Assembly: GCA_050248855.1 (NCBI GenBank)
Contig: JBFWRP010000026.1
Span: 1 to 64,000, forward strand
Reading direction: 5' to 3'
DNA from: Planctomycetota bacterium
GTDB taxonomy: Bacteria > Planctomycetota > PLA2 > JAEUHO01
Length of the DNA: 64,000 bases
Position 1 is the stretch's first letter. Every line of letters begins with the position of its first letter. This document shows positions 27,198-37,038 of the stretch, in pieces. Both the position numbers and the translations under genes were made by a program. The notes below the pieces were generated by a model that saw nothing but the letters and a program-made list of their open reading frames with translations, had not been told where the DNA came from and did not search any database.

Positions 27198-27968
27198 ATG
27201 ACCGACACCGCCCCTCGCACCCCGCCGCGCGCACTGGCCCTCCTGCTCGCGTGCCTCGTACCCGGCATGGGGCAGCTCGTGTTGGGACGCACGCGACGCG
27301 GTGCGGTCCTCATGACGGTGGGCCTCCTGGGCGGTCCCACCCTGCTCGCGCTGGCCCTGGCGCCTCCGGGGCGTGCCACGCTGCTGGCGCTCTTGGCCGT
27401 CGCGGGCGTCACGTTGCTCGCGCTCGTCGTCGGCGTGATCGACGTCCTGGTGCGCTCGCCGCACGATGGGCTTGCGGAGCCCTGGAGCACGCGGGGTGTC
27501 GCGGCGGCACTCGTGGGGCTGGGCCTGCTGGGCCTGGTCGCCGGGCTGGGCGCGATGCTCTGGGTACGCGCGCACGCGCTGGAGGCCTTCGAGGTCTCGA
27601 GCTCGAGCATGGTGCCGACCCTCGAGCCGGGCGACCGCATCCTGGTCGAGAAGACGATGCCCTTCGACCGCCCCCTGCGGCGTGGCGACATCGTGGTCTA
27701 CGAGCCGCCGGGGGAACCGGAGGGCAGGCGGTTCGTGAAGCGCATCGTGGGCCTGCCCGGCGATCGCGTCGGCGCCGAGGGGCACGTCGTGCCGCCCGAC
27801 CACTGTTGGGTCGAAGGCGATGGTCGCGAGAGCTCGCGGGACAGCCGGGCCCACGGCGAGGTGCGCTTGGATGCGCTCGTGGGCCGCGCCCTCTACCGCT
27901 ACTGGCCCGTCGCGCGACTCGGGGTGTTGACGGAAGCGGCCGCTCGGCCGTCAGAGGGGAGCCGGTAG
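27198..27968 (+). CDS. lepB: signal peptidase I with extra N-terminal TM segments
   Basis: SSSMVPTL (Ser), FVKRIVGLPGD (Lys), EGD..SRDSR. Confidence 0.9.
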   Translation: MTDTAPRTPPRALALLLACLVPGMGQLVLGRTRRGAVLMTVGLLGGPTLLALALAPPGRATLLALLAVAGVTLLALVVGVIDVLVRSPHDGLAEPWSTRGVAAALVGLGLLGLVAGLGAMLWVRAHALEAFEVSSSSMVPTLEPGDRILVEKTMPFDRPLRRGDIVVYEPPGEPEGRRFVKRIVGLPGDRVGAEGHVVPPDHCWVEGDGRESSRDSRAHGEVRLDALVGRALYRYWPVARLGVLTEAAARPSEGSR

Positions 27969-28766
27969 AGGACGCCCGAGCAACGCGTAGGCGCGCGTGC
28001 TGTCGAGCGTGAGGTCGGCCGGGCGTTCGGGCACCCCCGCTTCCGCGCGCGTGCACACGCGGACGCTGCGAAGGCCGTGGGGCCCCAAGGCCTGGCGGAG
28101 GAAGGCCTCCCCGAGGGCCTGCCGCGTGCAGGGGACGGGACCGGCGACGTTGAGCCGGCCGCGCGCCGACGTGGCGGCCAGGTCCACCAACGCCCGCACG
28201 AAGCCGCTCCGGTCCACGGCGCTGCGCACCTCGTCGGAGAACAGGGTCACGGTGTCCCCCGCACGTGCCCGCTGGAGGAAGCCCTGCGTGGCGCGGTCCG
28301 GTTCGCGCGGGTCGATGACGAGCGAGGTCCGCACGACGAGCGCTTCCGGATGGGCCGCGAGCACGGCCTCTTCGCCCGCGGCCTTCGAGCGTCCGTACGG
28401 CGTGACCGGGCGCGCGGGCGCGTCATCGCCGTAGGGCGCGGCCGTGCCGTCGTGGACCATGTCGGACGAGAGGTGCACCAGACGCGCACCGATCCGGGCG
28501 CTCGCCAGGGCGACATGCCGCGCTCCCGCCACGTTCGTCGCGTGCAGGTCCTGCGCCGCGGCATCCGCTTGCGCGGCCACCAGGTGGAGGACCATGCGCG
28601 GTCGCAGGTCGTGGACGCATGCGCGCACGGCGGCTTCGTCGCGGACGTCGGGGCCCCCCTCGCGACCCGTCCACGCGCACACGTCGTCGCCGCGATGCCG
28701 GAGGTGCGCCACGAGGGCGCGACCCACGTAGCCGCTCGCGCCGGTGACGAGGAGGGGGCGGGCCAC
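27951..28766 (-). CDS. extended SDR, dTDP-4-dehydrorhamnose reductase-like
   Basis: LVTGASGYVG, HLSSDMVHDG, PYGRSKAAGE. Confidence 0.88.
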   Translation of the reverse strand: MARPLLVTGASGYVGRALVAHLRHRGDDVCAWTGREGGPDVRDEAAVRACVHDLRPRMVLHLVAAQADAAAQDLHATNVAGARHVALASARIGARLVHLSSDMVHDGTAAPYGDDAPARPVTPYGRSKAAGEEAVLAAHPEALVVRTSLVIDPREPDRATQGFLQRARAGDTVTLFSDEVRSAVDRSGFVRALVDLAATSARGRLNVAGPVPCTRQALGEAFLRQALGPHGLRSVRVCTRAEAGVPERPADLTLDSTRAYALLGRPLPAPL

Positions 28767-28849
28767 GGCCGGGATCCTGCCATGGGCGAGGCGTCGCGCC
28801 GTGGTACGACCATCAGCCGGAGCCACCCCCGGCCGCCTGGAGCCCACCC

Positions 28850-29200
28850 GTGTCCCGCATCGTCTGGTCCAGCAGCGGCGCATCGAAGTGCCTGGACTGC
28901 GGGAAGCCGGCGTTCTCGTGCAAGTGCCAGGACGCGCCGAAGAAGAAGGCGCCCACGGGCGACGGGATCGTCCGCGTGGGGCGCGAGACCAAGGGCCGCA
29001 AGGGCAAGGGCGTGACCGTCGTGAGCGGGGTGCCGCTTGCGGGCGGCGAGCTGGAGGCGCTGGCCAAGCGCTTGAAGACGCGGTGTGCGTCGGGGGGCAC
29101 GGTGCGCGACGGTGTCATCGAGATCCAGGGCGACCATCGCGACACGCTGGTGCCGGTGCTCGAGGCCGAGGGCTTCACCGTGAAGCGGGTCGGCGGATGA
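28850..29200 (+). CDS. yciH: SUI1-family translation factor YciH
   Basis: RETKGRKGKGVTVV..LK..CASGGTV..IEIQGDHR. Confidence 0.95.
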   Translation: MSRIVWSSSGASKCLDCGKPAFSCKCQDAPKKKAPTGDGIVRVGRETKGRKGKGVTVVSGVPLAGGELEALAKRLKTRCASGGTVRDGVIEIQGDHRDTLVPVLEAEGFTVKRVGG

Positions 29201-29667
29201 GCCGGTTCGTCGTCGAGGTCGGCGCGGAGGACATCGCCCGTATCGGCCACGAGCTGGGCGCGCGCACGCTCGCCGCACGACGCCCCAAGCTGGTGGCGGC
29301 GGGAGCCGGCCTCGGCGTCGCGGCCTTGTGCGCCCAGGGCGTCCATGCGCCGCTGCCGTTGCCGCTCATGTTCCTCGCGGGCGGCGTGGCGTCCTGGCTT
29401 CGTGCCTTCGCCCCCGAGACGAAGCGCTGGCAGCGTCACGCCGCGGCGCACGTGCCGGAAGGTACCTACGTCTTCGAGGCCGATGCCGCGGACCCGCACG
29501 CCGTCCGCTGCGTGGAGCGCCCCGACGGGTCGCGCTTCCCCGCGCCGCGGCACCTGGTGGTCCTCGCGCTGCCCTCCGGCCGCGTGGCCGTCCGTGGCGA
29601 GCGACCGTGGTGGATCCTGCCCACGGGCACCGCCGGGCACGAGCACGTCACGCCGCGGGCGGGATGA
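29197..29667 (+). CDS. hypothetical membrane protein
   Basis: ATGA overlap with yciH; two hydrophobic segments. Confidence 0.55.
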   Translation: MSRFVVEVGAEDIARIGHELGARTLAARRPKLVAAGAGLGVAALCAQGVHAPLPLPLMFLAGGVASWLRAFAPETKRWQRHAAAHVPEGTYVFEADAADPHAVRCVERPDGSRFPAPRHLVVLALPSGRVAVRGERPWWILPTGTAGHEHVTPRAG

Positions 29668-30388
29668 AACGGGACGCCTCGCGCTCGGCGCGGGCCAGGT
29701 CGTCGGGCCGCCCGACGTCGATCCACGGCGTCGGGTCCATGTCGTAGGACGCGATGGCGCGACCCGCCGCCGCCTCGGCGAGCCAGCTCTCCGTGATGGA
29801 CAGGACGCGCGGGGGACCCAGGCGTCCGAGGAGCTCCCGCGCGACCACGCTGATGCCCTGGAACGCACGGCGGACGACGTGGCCGCGGGCGGCGCGACGG
29901 CGGTCGTCGATTCCCCTCGTGTCGTCCACGCGGCCGAGCAGCCCGACATCGTCGAACAGCAAGCCGCGCGTGCTCGCGCGACCGCTCGTGACGAGCGTGG
30001 CGACGGCGTCCGGCGCGCCTGCGTGCGCGCCCACGACCGCGCGCAGGTCGAGCGGCGTCAGCACGTCGACGTTGTGCAGGAGCAGCGCTCCCTCCTGCTC
30101 CAGGAGCGGGCGGGCCCAGGCCAGTCCCCCACCCGTCTCCAGCGGCCGCTCCGGCTCCACCGACAGCGTGATGCGCGGGGCGCCGGCCCACCTCCCGACG
30201 AACGCCGCGATGGCCTCGGCGTGGTGGTGGACGTTGACGACGGCGTGCGTCACGCCGGCCGCGGCGAGTCGCGCCAGCACGTGCGCGAGCAGCGGACGCC
30301 CGACCACCTCGACCAGCGCCTTGGGGCGGTGCTTGGTCATCTCGCCCAGGCGCGTGCCGAAGCCCGCGGCGAAGACCACGGCCTCCAC
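29648..30388 (-). CDS. nucleotidyltransferase, MurU-like
   Basis: FAAGFGTRL..PKALVEV, LETGGG, WIDVGRP; adjacent to an AmgK-like kinase. Confidence 0.88.
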   Translation of the reverse strand: MEAVVFAAGFGTRLGEMTKHRPKALVEVVGRPLLAHVLARLAAAGVTHAVVNVHHHAEAIAAFVGRWAGAPRITLSVEPERPLETGGGLAWARPLLEQEGALLLHNVDVLTPLDLRAVVGAHAGAPDAVATLVTSGRASTRGLLFDDVGLLGRVDDTRGIDDRRRAARGHVVRRAFQGISVVARELLGRLGPPRVLSITESWLAEAAAGRAIASYDMDPTPWIDVGRPDDLARAEREASRFIPPAA

Positions 30389-30389
30389 G

Positions 30390-31883
30390 TCAGCCGGTCC
30401 GGCCGCTCGCGGTGTCCAAGCCAGCCGTGGCCGGCCAGCGCGGGCGTTCGCGGTGTTCCACGCGCACCTCGACGTCGTCGTGGCCGAGCGCCGTCAGCGC
30501 GGCCGCCAAGCGCTCGGCGCACCAGACGCTGCGGTGCTGGCCGCCCGTGCAGCCGAACCACACCGCCAGCGAGGTGAAGGAGCGCGCGCGGTACGCTTCG
30601 ACCTGGCGGCGGACGAGCTCGAGCGCGCCTTCCACGAACGAGCCCGCTTCAGGCAGCTCGGCCAGGTGACGATCGACGGCGCGGTCCAGCCCGCAGAGCG
30701 CGGCAAACGTCGTGCTGCGGCCCGGGTTGGGCAGCGCGCGGCAGTCGAAGACGAAGCCGCCGCCGTGTCCCGTGGGATCGTGCGGCAGGCCGTGGCGGTA
30801 GCTGAACGAGCCGACGTGTACGACGAGCCCGGTCGCCAGGCCGGTGGGCGCGGCGGGGAGCCCGGCAAAGCGCGGTTCCTCCGCGAGGTAGCCGATGATC
30901 CCGGAAAGCTCCGGCAAGCGTTGCAGCAGCGGCTCGTTCCGGCGCAGCCACACGAGGTTGCGCACGGCATGGGGCACGCTCTGCAGGAAGTGCTCCTTGC
31001 GGTGGAAGAAGCCCAGGTAGCCGTAGGCACTCATGGCCTGCAGCACGCGCACGAGCGCGAAGCCGCCGAAGTGACGTCGCACGTCGTCCACGGCGTCGGG
31101 CAGACGCTCGCCAAGGGCGGAGAGGTAGACCTCGAACAAGCTGGCGCGCGTGGTCGGGTCGAGTGCGGCCTTGCCGTCGTACAACAGGGAAGCCACGTCG
31201 TAGGCCAGGGCACCGCGGCGGCCGTTCTGGAAGTCGATGAACCACGGTTGGTCGCCCTCGCGCAACATCACGTTGCGCGACTGGAAGTCGCGGGCGACGA
31301 ACCAGGAGCCCTCGGTCTCGACCAGGTGGTCCACGAGGGTGCGCAGGTCCTGCTCGAGGCGCGCCTCGTGGAACGGCACGCCGCCGAGCTTCAGGAACTG
31401 GTACTTGAAGGCATCCAGGTCCCAGCGGATCGCCGTGGCATCGAAGGCCGCCGTGGGATAGGCCGCGCCGTAGTCCACGGCCGCACCGCCATCCACCTGC
31501 ATGCGCACCAGGGCCTCGAGCGTGCGCTCGTAGGCCGGGCGGATCGTCGTGGGAAGGGACGCATCCGCGACCTCGCGTCGAGCGGCGAGCAGGGCCTGGA
31601 ACAGCGTGCGATCGCCCAGGTCCTCGACGAGGTAGGCGCTTTCGTCGGGGGCCACGGCGAGGACCTCGGGCACGGGAACCCGTGCGCGCTTCAAGTCGCG
31701 GGCAAAGGCCACGAAGGCGCGGTTCTCCGCGCGGTCGGGCCCGAGGACGCCGATCACCGTGCGCGCGTCGCCCAGCCGCAGCCGCGCCATGCGCCGCTTG
31801 CTGCCCTCTGCCGCCACGGGCTCGGCGGCGAGTGCGACGCTGCCCAGCGCGCGCTCCACGAGGTCCTGCCAACGGGCGTCCAC
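30390..31883 (-). CDS. AmgK-like aminoglycoside-phosphotransferase-fold kinase fused to a RapZ C-terminal domain
   Basis: EDLGD, RDFQSRNVM, IDFQ, YDVASLLYD; C-terminal SFSY..FDCRALPNP..FGCTGGQHRSV; start could be as far up as 31958. Confidence 0.88.
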   Translation of the reverse strand: MDARWQDLVERALGSVALAAEPVAAEGSKRRMARLRLGDARTVIGVLGPDRAENRAFVAFARDLKRARVPVPEVLAVAPDESAYLVEDLGDRTLFQALLAARREVADASLPTTIRPAYERTLEALVRMQVDGGAAVDYGAAYPTAAFDATAIRWDLDAFKYQFLKLGGVPFHEARLEQDLRTLVDHLVETEGSWFVARDFQSRNVMLREGDQPWFIDFQNGRRGALAYDVASLLYDGKAALDPTTRASLFEVYLSALGERLPDAVDDVRRHFGGFALVRVLQAMSAYGYLGFFHRKEHFLQSVPHAVRNLVWLRRNEPLLQRLPELSGIIGYLAEEPRFAGLPAAPTGLATGLVVHVGSFSYRHGLPHDPTGHGGGFVFDCRALPNPGRSTTFAALCGLDRAVDRHLAELPEAGSFVEGALELVRRQVEAYRARSFTSLAVWFGCTGGQHRSVWCAERLAAALTALGHDDVEVRVEHRERPRWPATAGLDTASGRTG

Positions 31884-32174
31884 GGGACCCGAGGCTACCG
31901 CGGCGGCGGCGCGCCGAAAGGGCCGACCGGACGTCGCGGCGACCCGACCCTCGTGCATGGCCCCCCCGGGCTGCGTGGGCCCACCAACGGACCCACTCCC
32001 CTATCGACCATCCCTCCCCCGGTCCTGCAGGCTGTCCAGGTGCAGGGACACCGCCGCGCCGCAGTCTGGATCGAGGGACCTACGCGCGCCACCGGGTCAC
32101 CAGGGCGAAGTCAGCGTGGGCGGCCGAGCACCTGGCGAGCTGCACGCCAAGGGGGAGAGCCGACGTGCGACTTC

Positions 32175-32702
32175 CTACACGCCGAATTCGGCGAGGACGC
32201 CGGGCACCCAGCGCTTGATGCGCTCGTCGGTCAGGTCCTTCTGGTTGTCCTCGTCGATGGCGAGGCCCAGGAAGAAGCCGTCGATCGTGCCGCGCGACTT
32301 GGTGAACTCGAACGTGCCGTCCTCGGCGTCGGTGAACCCGCACAGCTCGGCGCCGCGGTCCATGAACTTGTCGCCGAGGATGCCGATCGCGTCCTGGAAG
32401 TTGTCGGCGTAGCCCTTCTGGTCGCCCAGGCCGAAGATGGCGATCTTGCGGCCGGCAAGGTCGACGCCGTCGAGCTTGTCGAAGGCCGCGAGCCAGTCTT
32501 CCTGCAGCTCGCCGGTGTTCCACGTGGGGACACCGATCAGCAAGCAGTCGTACTGCGTCAAGGTGCCCAGCCCCGCCGCGGAGAGCTCGTGGACCTCCAC
32601 GCTGTCGGGACGTGCGGCGCGGATCGCGGTGGCAATGCGCTCGGCCACGTTTGCCGTGTTGCCGGTGCTCGAGCCGTAGACCAGTCCGATCTTCGTTGCC
32701 AT
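32175..32702 (-). CDS. fldA: long-chain flavodoxin
   Basis: YGSSTGNT, GVPTWNTGELQEDW, FGLGDQKGY..NFQDA, GLAIDEDNQ. Confidence 0.96.
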   Translation of the reverse strand: MATKIGLVYGSSTGNTANVAERIATAIRAARPDSVEVHELSAAGLGTLTQYDCLLIGVPTWNTGELQEDWLAAFDKLDGVDLAGRKIAIFGLGDQKGYADNFQDAIGILGDKFMDRGAELCGFTDAEDGTFEFTKSRGTIDGFFLGLAIDEDNQKDLTDERIKRWVPGVLAEFGV

Positions 32703-32749
32703 GGCGATCTCCGCGTCGTGGCGGGAACTCTACCCACACGCCCGGGAGA

Positions 32750-32892
32750 GGTCACGGCGGGAACCGGCTCCTTGGCCACCTGCCGGACTGGGCTTCCCGC
32801 GGGAGCGCACGCGGGACAGCCACTCGTCACGTCGCGGCAGGTCGGCAGGTCCCTCGGAGCAGGGGGTGCCGGTTCCGCCCCACCCCTTGACC
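32750..32892. ncRNA. candidate structured RNA or cis-regulatory leader upstream of fldA (family unknown)
   Basis: Nested complementary segments 32750-54/32888-92, 32756-68/32868-79, 32778-85/32835-42 (or 32843-50) and 32795-801/32810-16. Confidence 0.4.
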
Positions 32893-32947
32893 GACCGAGC
32901 ATCTGGCCAGCCGCACCCGCGCACCTCGACACGCGTACGCACATCCG

Positions 32948-34102
32948 TCAGTCGAAGAGCAGGTAGCAGGCATATCCCATGATGAGGGCCGGGACGGCGG
33001 TGTAGAGGGTGGCGACGAGGGCGGCGCGCGGGGCGGCCGCAATGGCGGGGAACAACGCGTCGCCGTCGTTGGAGATCGCGTTGGCCACCTGGACGGAGAA
33101 GGGCACGGCTCCGTTCAGGTACAGCGTCGAGACGACGATCTGCGGCCCGCATCCGGGCAGGAAGCCGACGAGCGCGCCCATCAGCGGCAGCACCCCGTGG
33201 ACCGTCGAGAACGCCGCCTGCACGTCGAGCCCCCAGAGGCCCGTGGCCAGCTCGTAGGCGAGGAAGCCCACCACGACCCAGATCGTGACGTAGTTCGTGT
33301 TGCGCGCGACGCGTTCGACGAGGGGCAGCTGGGCCGTGGCGCGGGCCAGCGTCGCCGCTTGGCTCGGGCTGAGCGCCCACAGCGCGAGCGAGAGCAGGGC
33401 GCCCCCGACGCCCAGCGCCAGGGCCAGCTCCTGCGGGACCTCGACGGCGAACAGGCCGAGCACGCCGACGACGAGGCTGGGCACCAGGATGGCTGCCCAC
33501 AGCCACCACAACGCGGAAGGCACGCGGGCCGCCGGAGGCGGCTCCTCGCTCGGGTCCCCCCCCTTGCCGCGCAGGAAGTCGCGCCCGTGCACGGCATCCA
33601 CGACGTAGCCGCTGATGGTGCCCACGACGAAGCCAAGCGCGATCAGCAGCAGCCCGACCTCGAAGCGCCGCGCGAGCACGAGGAACGCGGCGTCCCCCAT
33701 CGTGCTCGCAAGCACGGCCACGAGCGCGCCGAAGCTGCTCTGGCCCGCGGCGTAGCGCGTGACGACCACGACGGCGCCGCCGCATCCGGGAAGCGCGCCC
33801 AAGGCCGCCGCGATCGGGACTTCGTGGCGAGGGTGTCGCGCAAGGAGGCCGCTGCCATCCACGTGGGCGCGGCGCTCGAAGAGGAACACCACGATGAACG
33901 TCGCGGCGACGAACACGCCCACGGCGAGCCACGCCTCCTCGAGGGCCGTGAGCAGGTGCGGGCGCAGGTCCGCGCTGAGGTACAGGGCCCCGAGAACGGC
34001 AAACAGGAGGGCGACACGCACCAGGCCGCCGCCCCGGAAGCCGTGCCCGACCAGCGCGTCGGGAGCGTTCTCGGCAACCATGCGGGGCTGGGTCTCCGTC
34101 AT
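32948..34102 (-). CDS. putative manganese transporter (DUF2899-like) membrane protein
   Basis: Two PGCG motifs ([21 protein letters not shown]), [19 protein letters not shown]. Confidence 0.85.
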   Translation of the reverse strand: MTETQPRMVAENAPDALVGHGFRGGGLVRVALLFAVLGALYLSADLRPHLLTALEEAWLAVGVFVAATFIVVFLFERRAHVDGSGLLARHPRHEVPIAAALGALPGCGGAVVVVTRYAAGQSSFGALVAVLASTMGDAAFLVLARRFEVGLLLIALGFVVGTISGYVVDAVHGRDFLRGKGGDPSEEPPPAARVPSALWWLWAAILVPSLVVGVLGLFAVEVPQELALALGVGGALLSLALWALSPSQAATLARATAQLPLVERVARNTNYVTIWVVVGFLAYELATGLWGLDVQAAFSTVHGVLPLMGALVGFLPGCGPQIVVSTLYLNGAVPFSVQVANAISNDGDALFPAIAAAPRAALVATLYTAVPALIMGYACYLLFD

Positions 34103-34243
34103 CCGGCTGGCGGGCGGGGAGCGAGTATAGGCCCCGTGAAGCACGCGCACGGGTCCGCGCGGGGTGCTGCAGGGGTCCGGAAGGTCAGCACGAACGTGCT
34201 ATCCTCCCGGCCCTTCGAACCCCAGCGAAAGGCGGTTGCACCC

Positions 34244-34855
34244 ATGGCCCACGAGCTCCCCCCCCTTCCGTACGGCTACGACGCCCTCGAGCCCTGGATC
34301 AACACGCGCACGATGCAGCTGCACCACGACATGCATCACGCGGCGTACGTGAAGAACCTCAACGCCGCGCTGGAGGGTCATCCCGACTTGGCGGCCAAGG
34401 GCATCGACGAGCTGTTGGCCGATCTCTCCAAGGTCCCCGAGGCCATCCGCGCGGCCGTGCGCAACAACGGCGGCGGGCACGCCAACCACACGATGTTCTG
34501 GCAGATCATGGGCCCGAACGCCGGCGGTCCGCCGCAAGGGGAGCTGGGCTCCGCCCTCACGTCGGCCTTCGGCGACTTCGAGAGCTTCAAGGCCCGCTTC
34601 AACGACGCTGGCGGCAAGCGCTTCGGCAGCGGCTGGGTCTGGGTCGTCCTCGACAAGGCCGGCCGTCTGGACATCGTCAGCACGCCCAACCAGGACACGC
34701 CCACGTCGGACGGCTCCAAGGTCATCTTCGGCAACGACGTCTGGGAGCACGCCTACTACCTGACGTACGAGAACCGCCGCCCCGACTACCTCAAGGCCTG
34801 GTGGAACGTCGTCAACTGGAAGGCTGTTGCCGACCGCTTCGCCAAGGCCAAGTAG
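34244..34855 (+). CDS. sodA: Mn-type superoxide dismutase
   Basis: [48 protein letters not shown] and NQD are Mn-type signatures. Confidence 0.95.
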   Translation: MAHELPPLPYGYDALEPWINTRTMQLHHDMHHAAYVKNLNAALEGHPDLAAKGIDELLADLSKVPEAIRAAVRNNGGGHANHTMFWQIMGPNAGGPPQGELGSALTSAFGDFESFKARFNDAGGKRFGSGWVWVVLDKAGRLDIVSTPNQDTPTSDGSKVIFGNDVWEHAYYLTYENRRPDYLKAWWNVVNWKAVADRFAKAK

Positions 34856-35134
34856 GCGCGCGATCGGAGCCTGGCGTGCGGGCGAGCGGCTCGCCAGTCG
34901 CCCGGTCCCGCACCACCCTCGGCCCCTCGTGGCGGCGCGCCAGCGCGCCGGCGCCGGACATCGGACGTGCCGCGACGACGAGCTGGGCCGCCGCTCGCCA
35001 GCTGGGCGAACGGCGGCCCCTCGACCCCAGGTCGTTGCTCCGGGGGAGGAGCGCGAGGTCCCGCGATGCGGGAGGGGAGGGAGGGAGGAGGGAGGTGTCG
35101 GCGGACCGCTGGGGTTCGGTCAACCGGCGCGTGG

Positions 35135-35204
35135 AAAAGGAGAGGGTCGCCGTCCCCCCTGGAACCGTACCGGACAACTCATCCGGCTTGGACAGGCGAC
35201 CCTC
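35135..35204 (-). terminator. branched stem-loop followed by TTTT on the minus strand; probable terminator of the 35217 gene
   Basis: GAGGGTCGCC 35142-51 pairs with GGCGACCCTC 35195-204; inner CCGGA/TCCGG; AAAA at 35135-38. Confidence 0.5.
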
Positions 35205-35216
35205 CCCCGAGTTGTG

Positions 35217-36671
35217 TCAACGGCCGAGCAAGCCTCCGATCCGCGTGGTGGTGCCGCTCACGACGTTGTCCACGAGATCGTCCTGCGGTTCGAGCGCACC
35301 CTGGATCCGGTGCATGACCTCGGCCACGGCCTCCTCGATGCTGCCGCCCGACGTGGTCGGGAGATGCGGCACGCCGGAGGTGAGATGGCAGTCCGTGCCC
35401 TCGATGCGGGCCGAGCGGCCCTGCAGGCGGCCCACGTAGAACACCTGCTCGAGGCGCATGCGGACGTCGCTGCGCGGCGCGTGGATGGCGCCCACGACAC
35501 GGCTGGCGTCGAGCTCGACCTCCACGCGTCCCTGGCGGGCGAAAGCCAGGAGACCCTGACGGGCGGGTGTCAGCTGCAGGCCGCCGCCCCGGATGCGGAT
35601 GCTGCCGCTGGCGCTGACCAGCGTGATCGCGGACGCCTGGTGCCAGGCGTCCACCACCAGGTCGTGCTCGGCGAAGACGACGGCACGGTTCGGCAGGTCG
35701 CCGAACACCGCGCCGTCGCGGGCGAAGTAGGTTCCCGAAGCGCGAGCGAGAGCGCGGGCCTCGCCGATGTCGATCACGTCGAGGAGGTCGGGGCGCTCCT
35801 CGAGCTCCTCCACCGTGCCGTCGACGGTGAGCACCCCGTCCTGGACCAAGTCGCCGCCCAGCTCGATCGTGCCCTCCACCGAGGCGCCGTCGGAGGTGAT
35901 GTCGAGGTCGTCGCGGACCTCGAGATCGCCCACGACGTGGAGGCCATCCCCGCCCAGCACGAGGTCCGTGCGGGCGCCGAGCGTGGAGGCCAGCGCGCCG
36001 GGGAACACGTACGCCGCGTCTTCGACGGGCGTGCCTTCCCCAGCGAGCGCCTCGAGGCGCTGCGCCCAGCCGGCTTCACCGTAGGCGTAGACGAGGCCCA
36101 GCAACACGTCGCCGCCGTCGGTCGTGGTCACGAGCGACGCCACGACGGGCAAGACGCATTCGCTGCGCGGAGCCGTGGCGCGGGTGGGCCACCAGTCGAT
36201 CTCGACGGCGACGGTCTCGCCCGCGGCCATCTGCGCGGCGAAGGGCCCGCCGCTGGCCGCCAGCTCGTCGAGCCACGCCAGCGACACGGCGCGCAGGTGC
36301 TCACCGCGCTTGGCATCGAGGGGCCGATCGTTGGCAACCGCCACGAGCTCGCCCCGGCCGTAGAGCACCATGCGCTGCATCGAGACGATGGCGGGCGCCG
36401 GAAGCGCGCTGCAAGCCGCATCCCAGGTGGACCAGGCAGCATCCAGGGGCTGGAGGACGCGACCGTAGGCGTCAAGCGCGGCGGGCGAGCCCGGCAGCTT
36501 GTCGTAGGAGTGGGTGCTCCAGACGGCCCAAGGGTCGATGCCTTCGCCCTGCAGCTGCAGGGTGCCGGAGGCGTCGTCCTTGGCCCTGACCGGTCCCCCC
36601 CCCAGGGCGACAGCGGCCAGGGCCAGGACGGCGGCTCCGGCGATGCGGCGAACGAAGAAACCGGTGGTCAC
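35217..36671 (-). CDS. secreted hypothetical protein
   Basis: Signal peptide RRIAGAAVLALAAVALG; beta-rich C-terminal half; start uncertain. Confidence 0.7.
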   Translation of the reverse strand: MTTGFFVRRIAGAAVLALAAVALGGGPVRAKDDASGTLQLQGEGIDPWAVWSTHSYDKLPGSPAALDAYGRVLQPLDAAWSTWDAACSALPAPAIVSMQRMVLYGRGELVAVANDRPLDAKRGEHLRAVSLAWLDELAASGGPFAAQMAAGETVAVEIDWWPTRATAPRSECVLPVVASLVTTTDGGDVLLGLVYAYGEAGWAQRLEALAGEGTPVEDAAYVFPGALASTLGARTDLVLGGDGLHVVGDLEVRDDLDITSDGASVEGTIELGGDLVQDGVLTVDGTVEELEERPDLLDVIDIGEARALARASGTYFARDGAVFGDLPNRAVVFAEHDLVVDAWHQASAITLVSASGSIRIRGGGLQLTPARQGLLAFARQGRVEVELDASRVVGAIHAPRSDVRMRLEQVFYVGRLQGRSARIEGTDCHLTSGVPHLPTTSGGSIEEAVAEVMHRIQGALEPQDDLVDNVVSGTTTRIGGLLGR

Positions 36672-37038
36672 GCTTTGGCCCCCCCAAGCGCGCCGTGCCC
36701 CGGGTGATGGGCACGGTCGCGCTGGCGTGTTCTTCCGGGTGACGGAGGGAGTCTTGCGCTGGCCCGCGGGAGCGGCCACCCGCGGAGCGGCCTCGGATAC
36801 CCCCCCATCCCTCGCGTCGTGTCCCGAGGACGCTTCGCGGCGGCCGCGGAGCGGTCCACCGCTCGGCGAGCCCCACGTTCAGGGCTCCGCTGGCGACGTG
36901 TCGAGGCGGGTGGACGCCTTGCGTCGCTCGGCATGGGCAGAATCTGGACACGCCACGGGACGCGTGCCGCGGCTCGTTCGGCCCGATTCGCGCTTCAGGC
37001 GGCAGCTCGCGCGGTCGGGGCCCCGCCTCCCGGGGCGG

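Noticed and set aside
29754..32966. Very long ORFs in the track (e.g. 29754..32966 +, 52841..56305 -, most of 47577..50375 -, 42731..45073 -, 4927..7110 +)
   Set aside because: They are antisense or alternative-frame shadows of well-supported genes, expected at this GC content, and lack motifs.
35135..35204. Branched hairpin considered as a hammerhead ribozyme or c-di-GMP riboswitch
   Set aside because: Lacks the CUGAUGA/GAAA core and GEMM motifs; its position after a stop with a U-tract fits a terminator.
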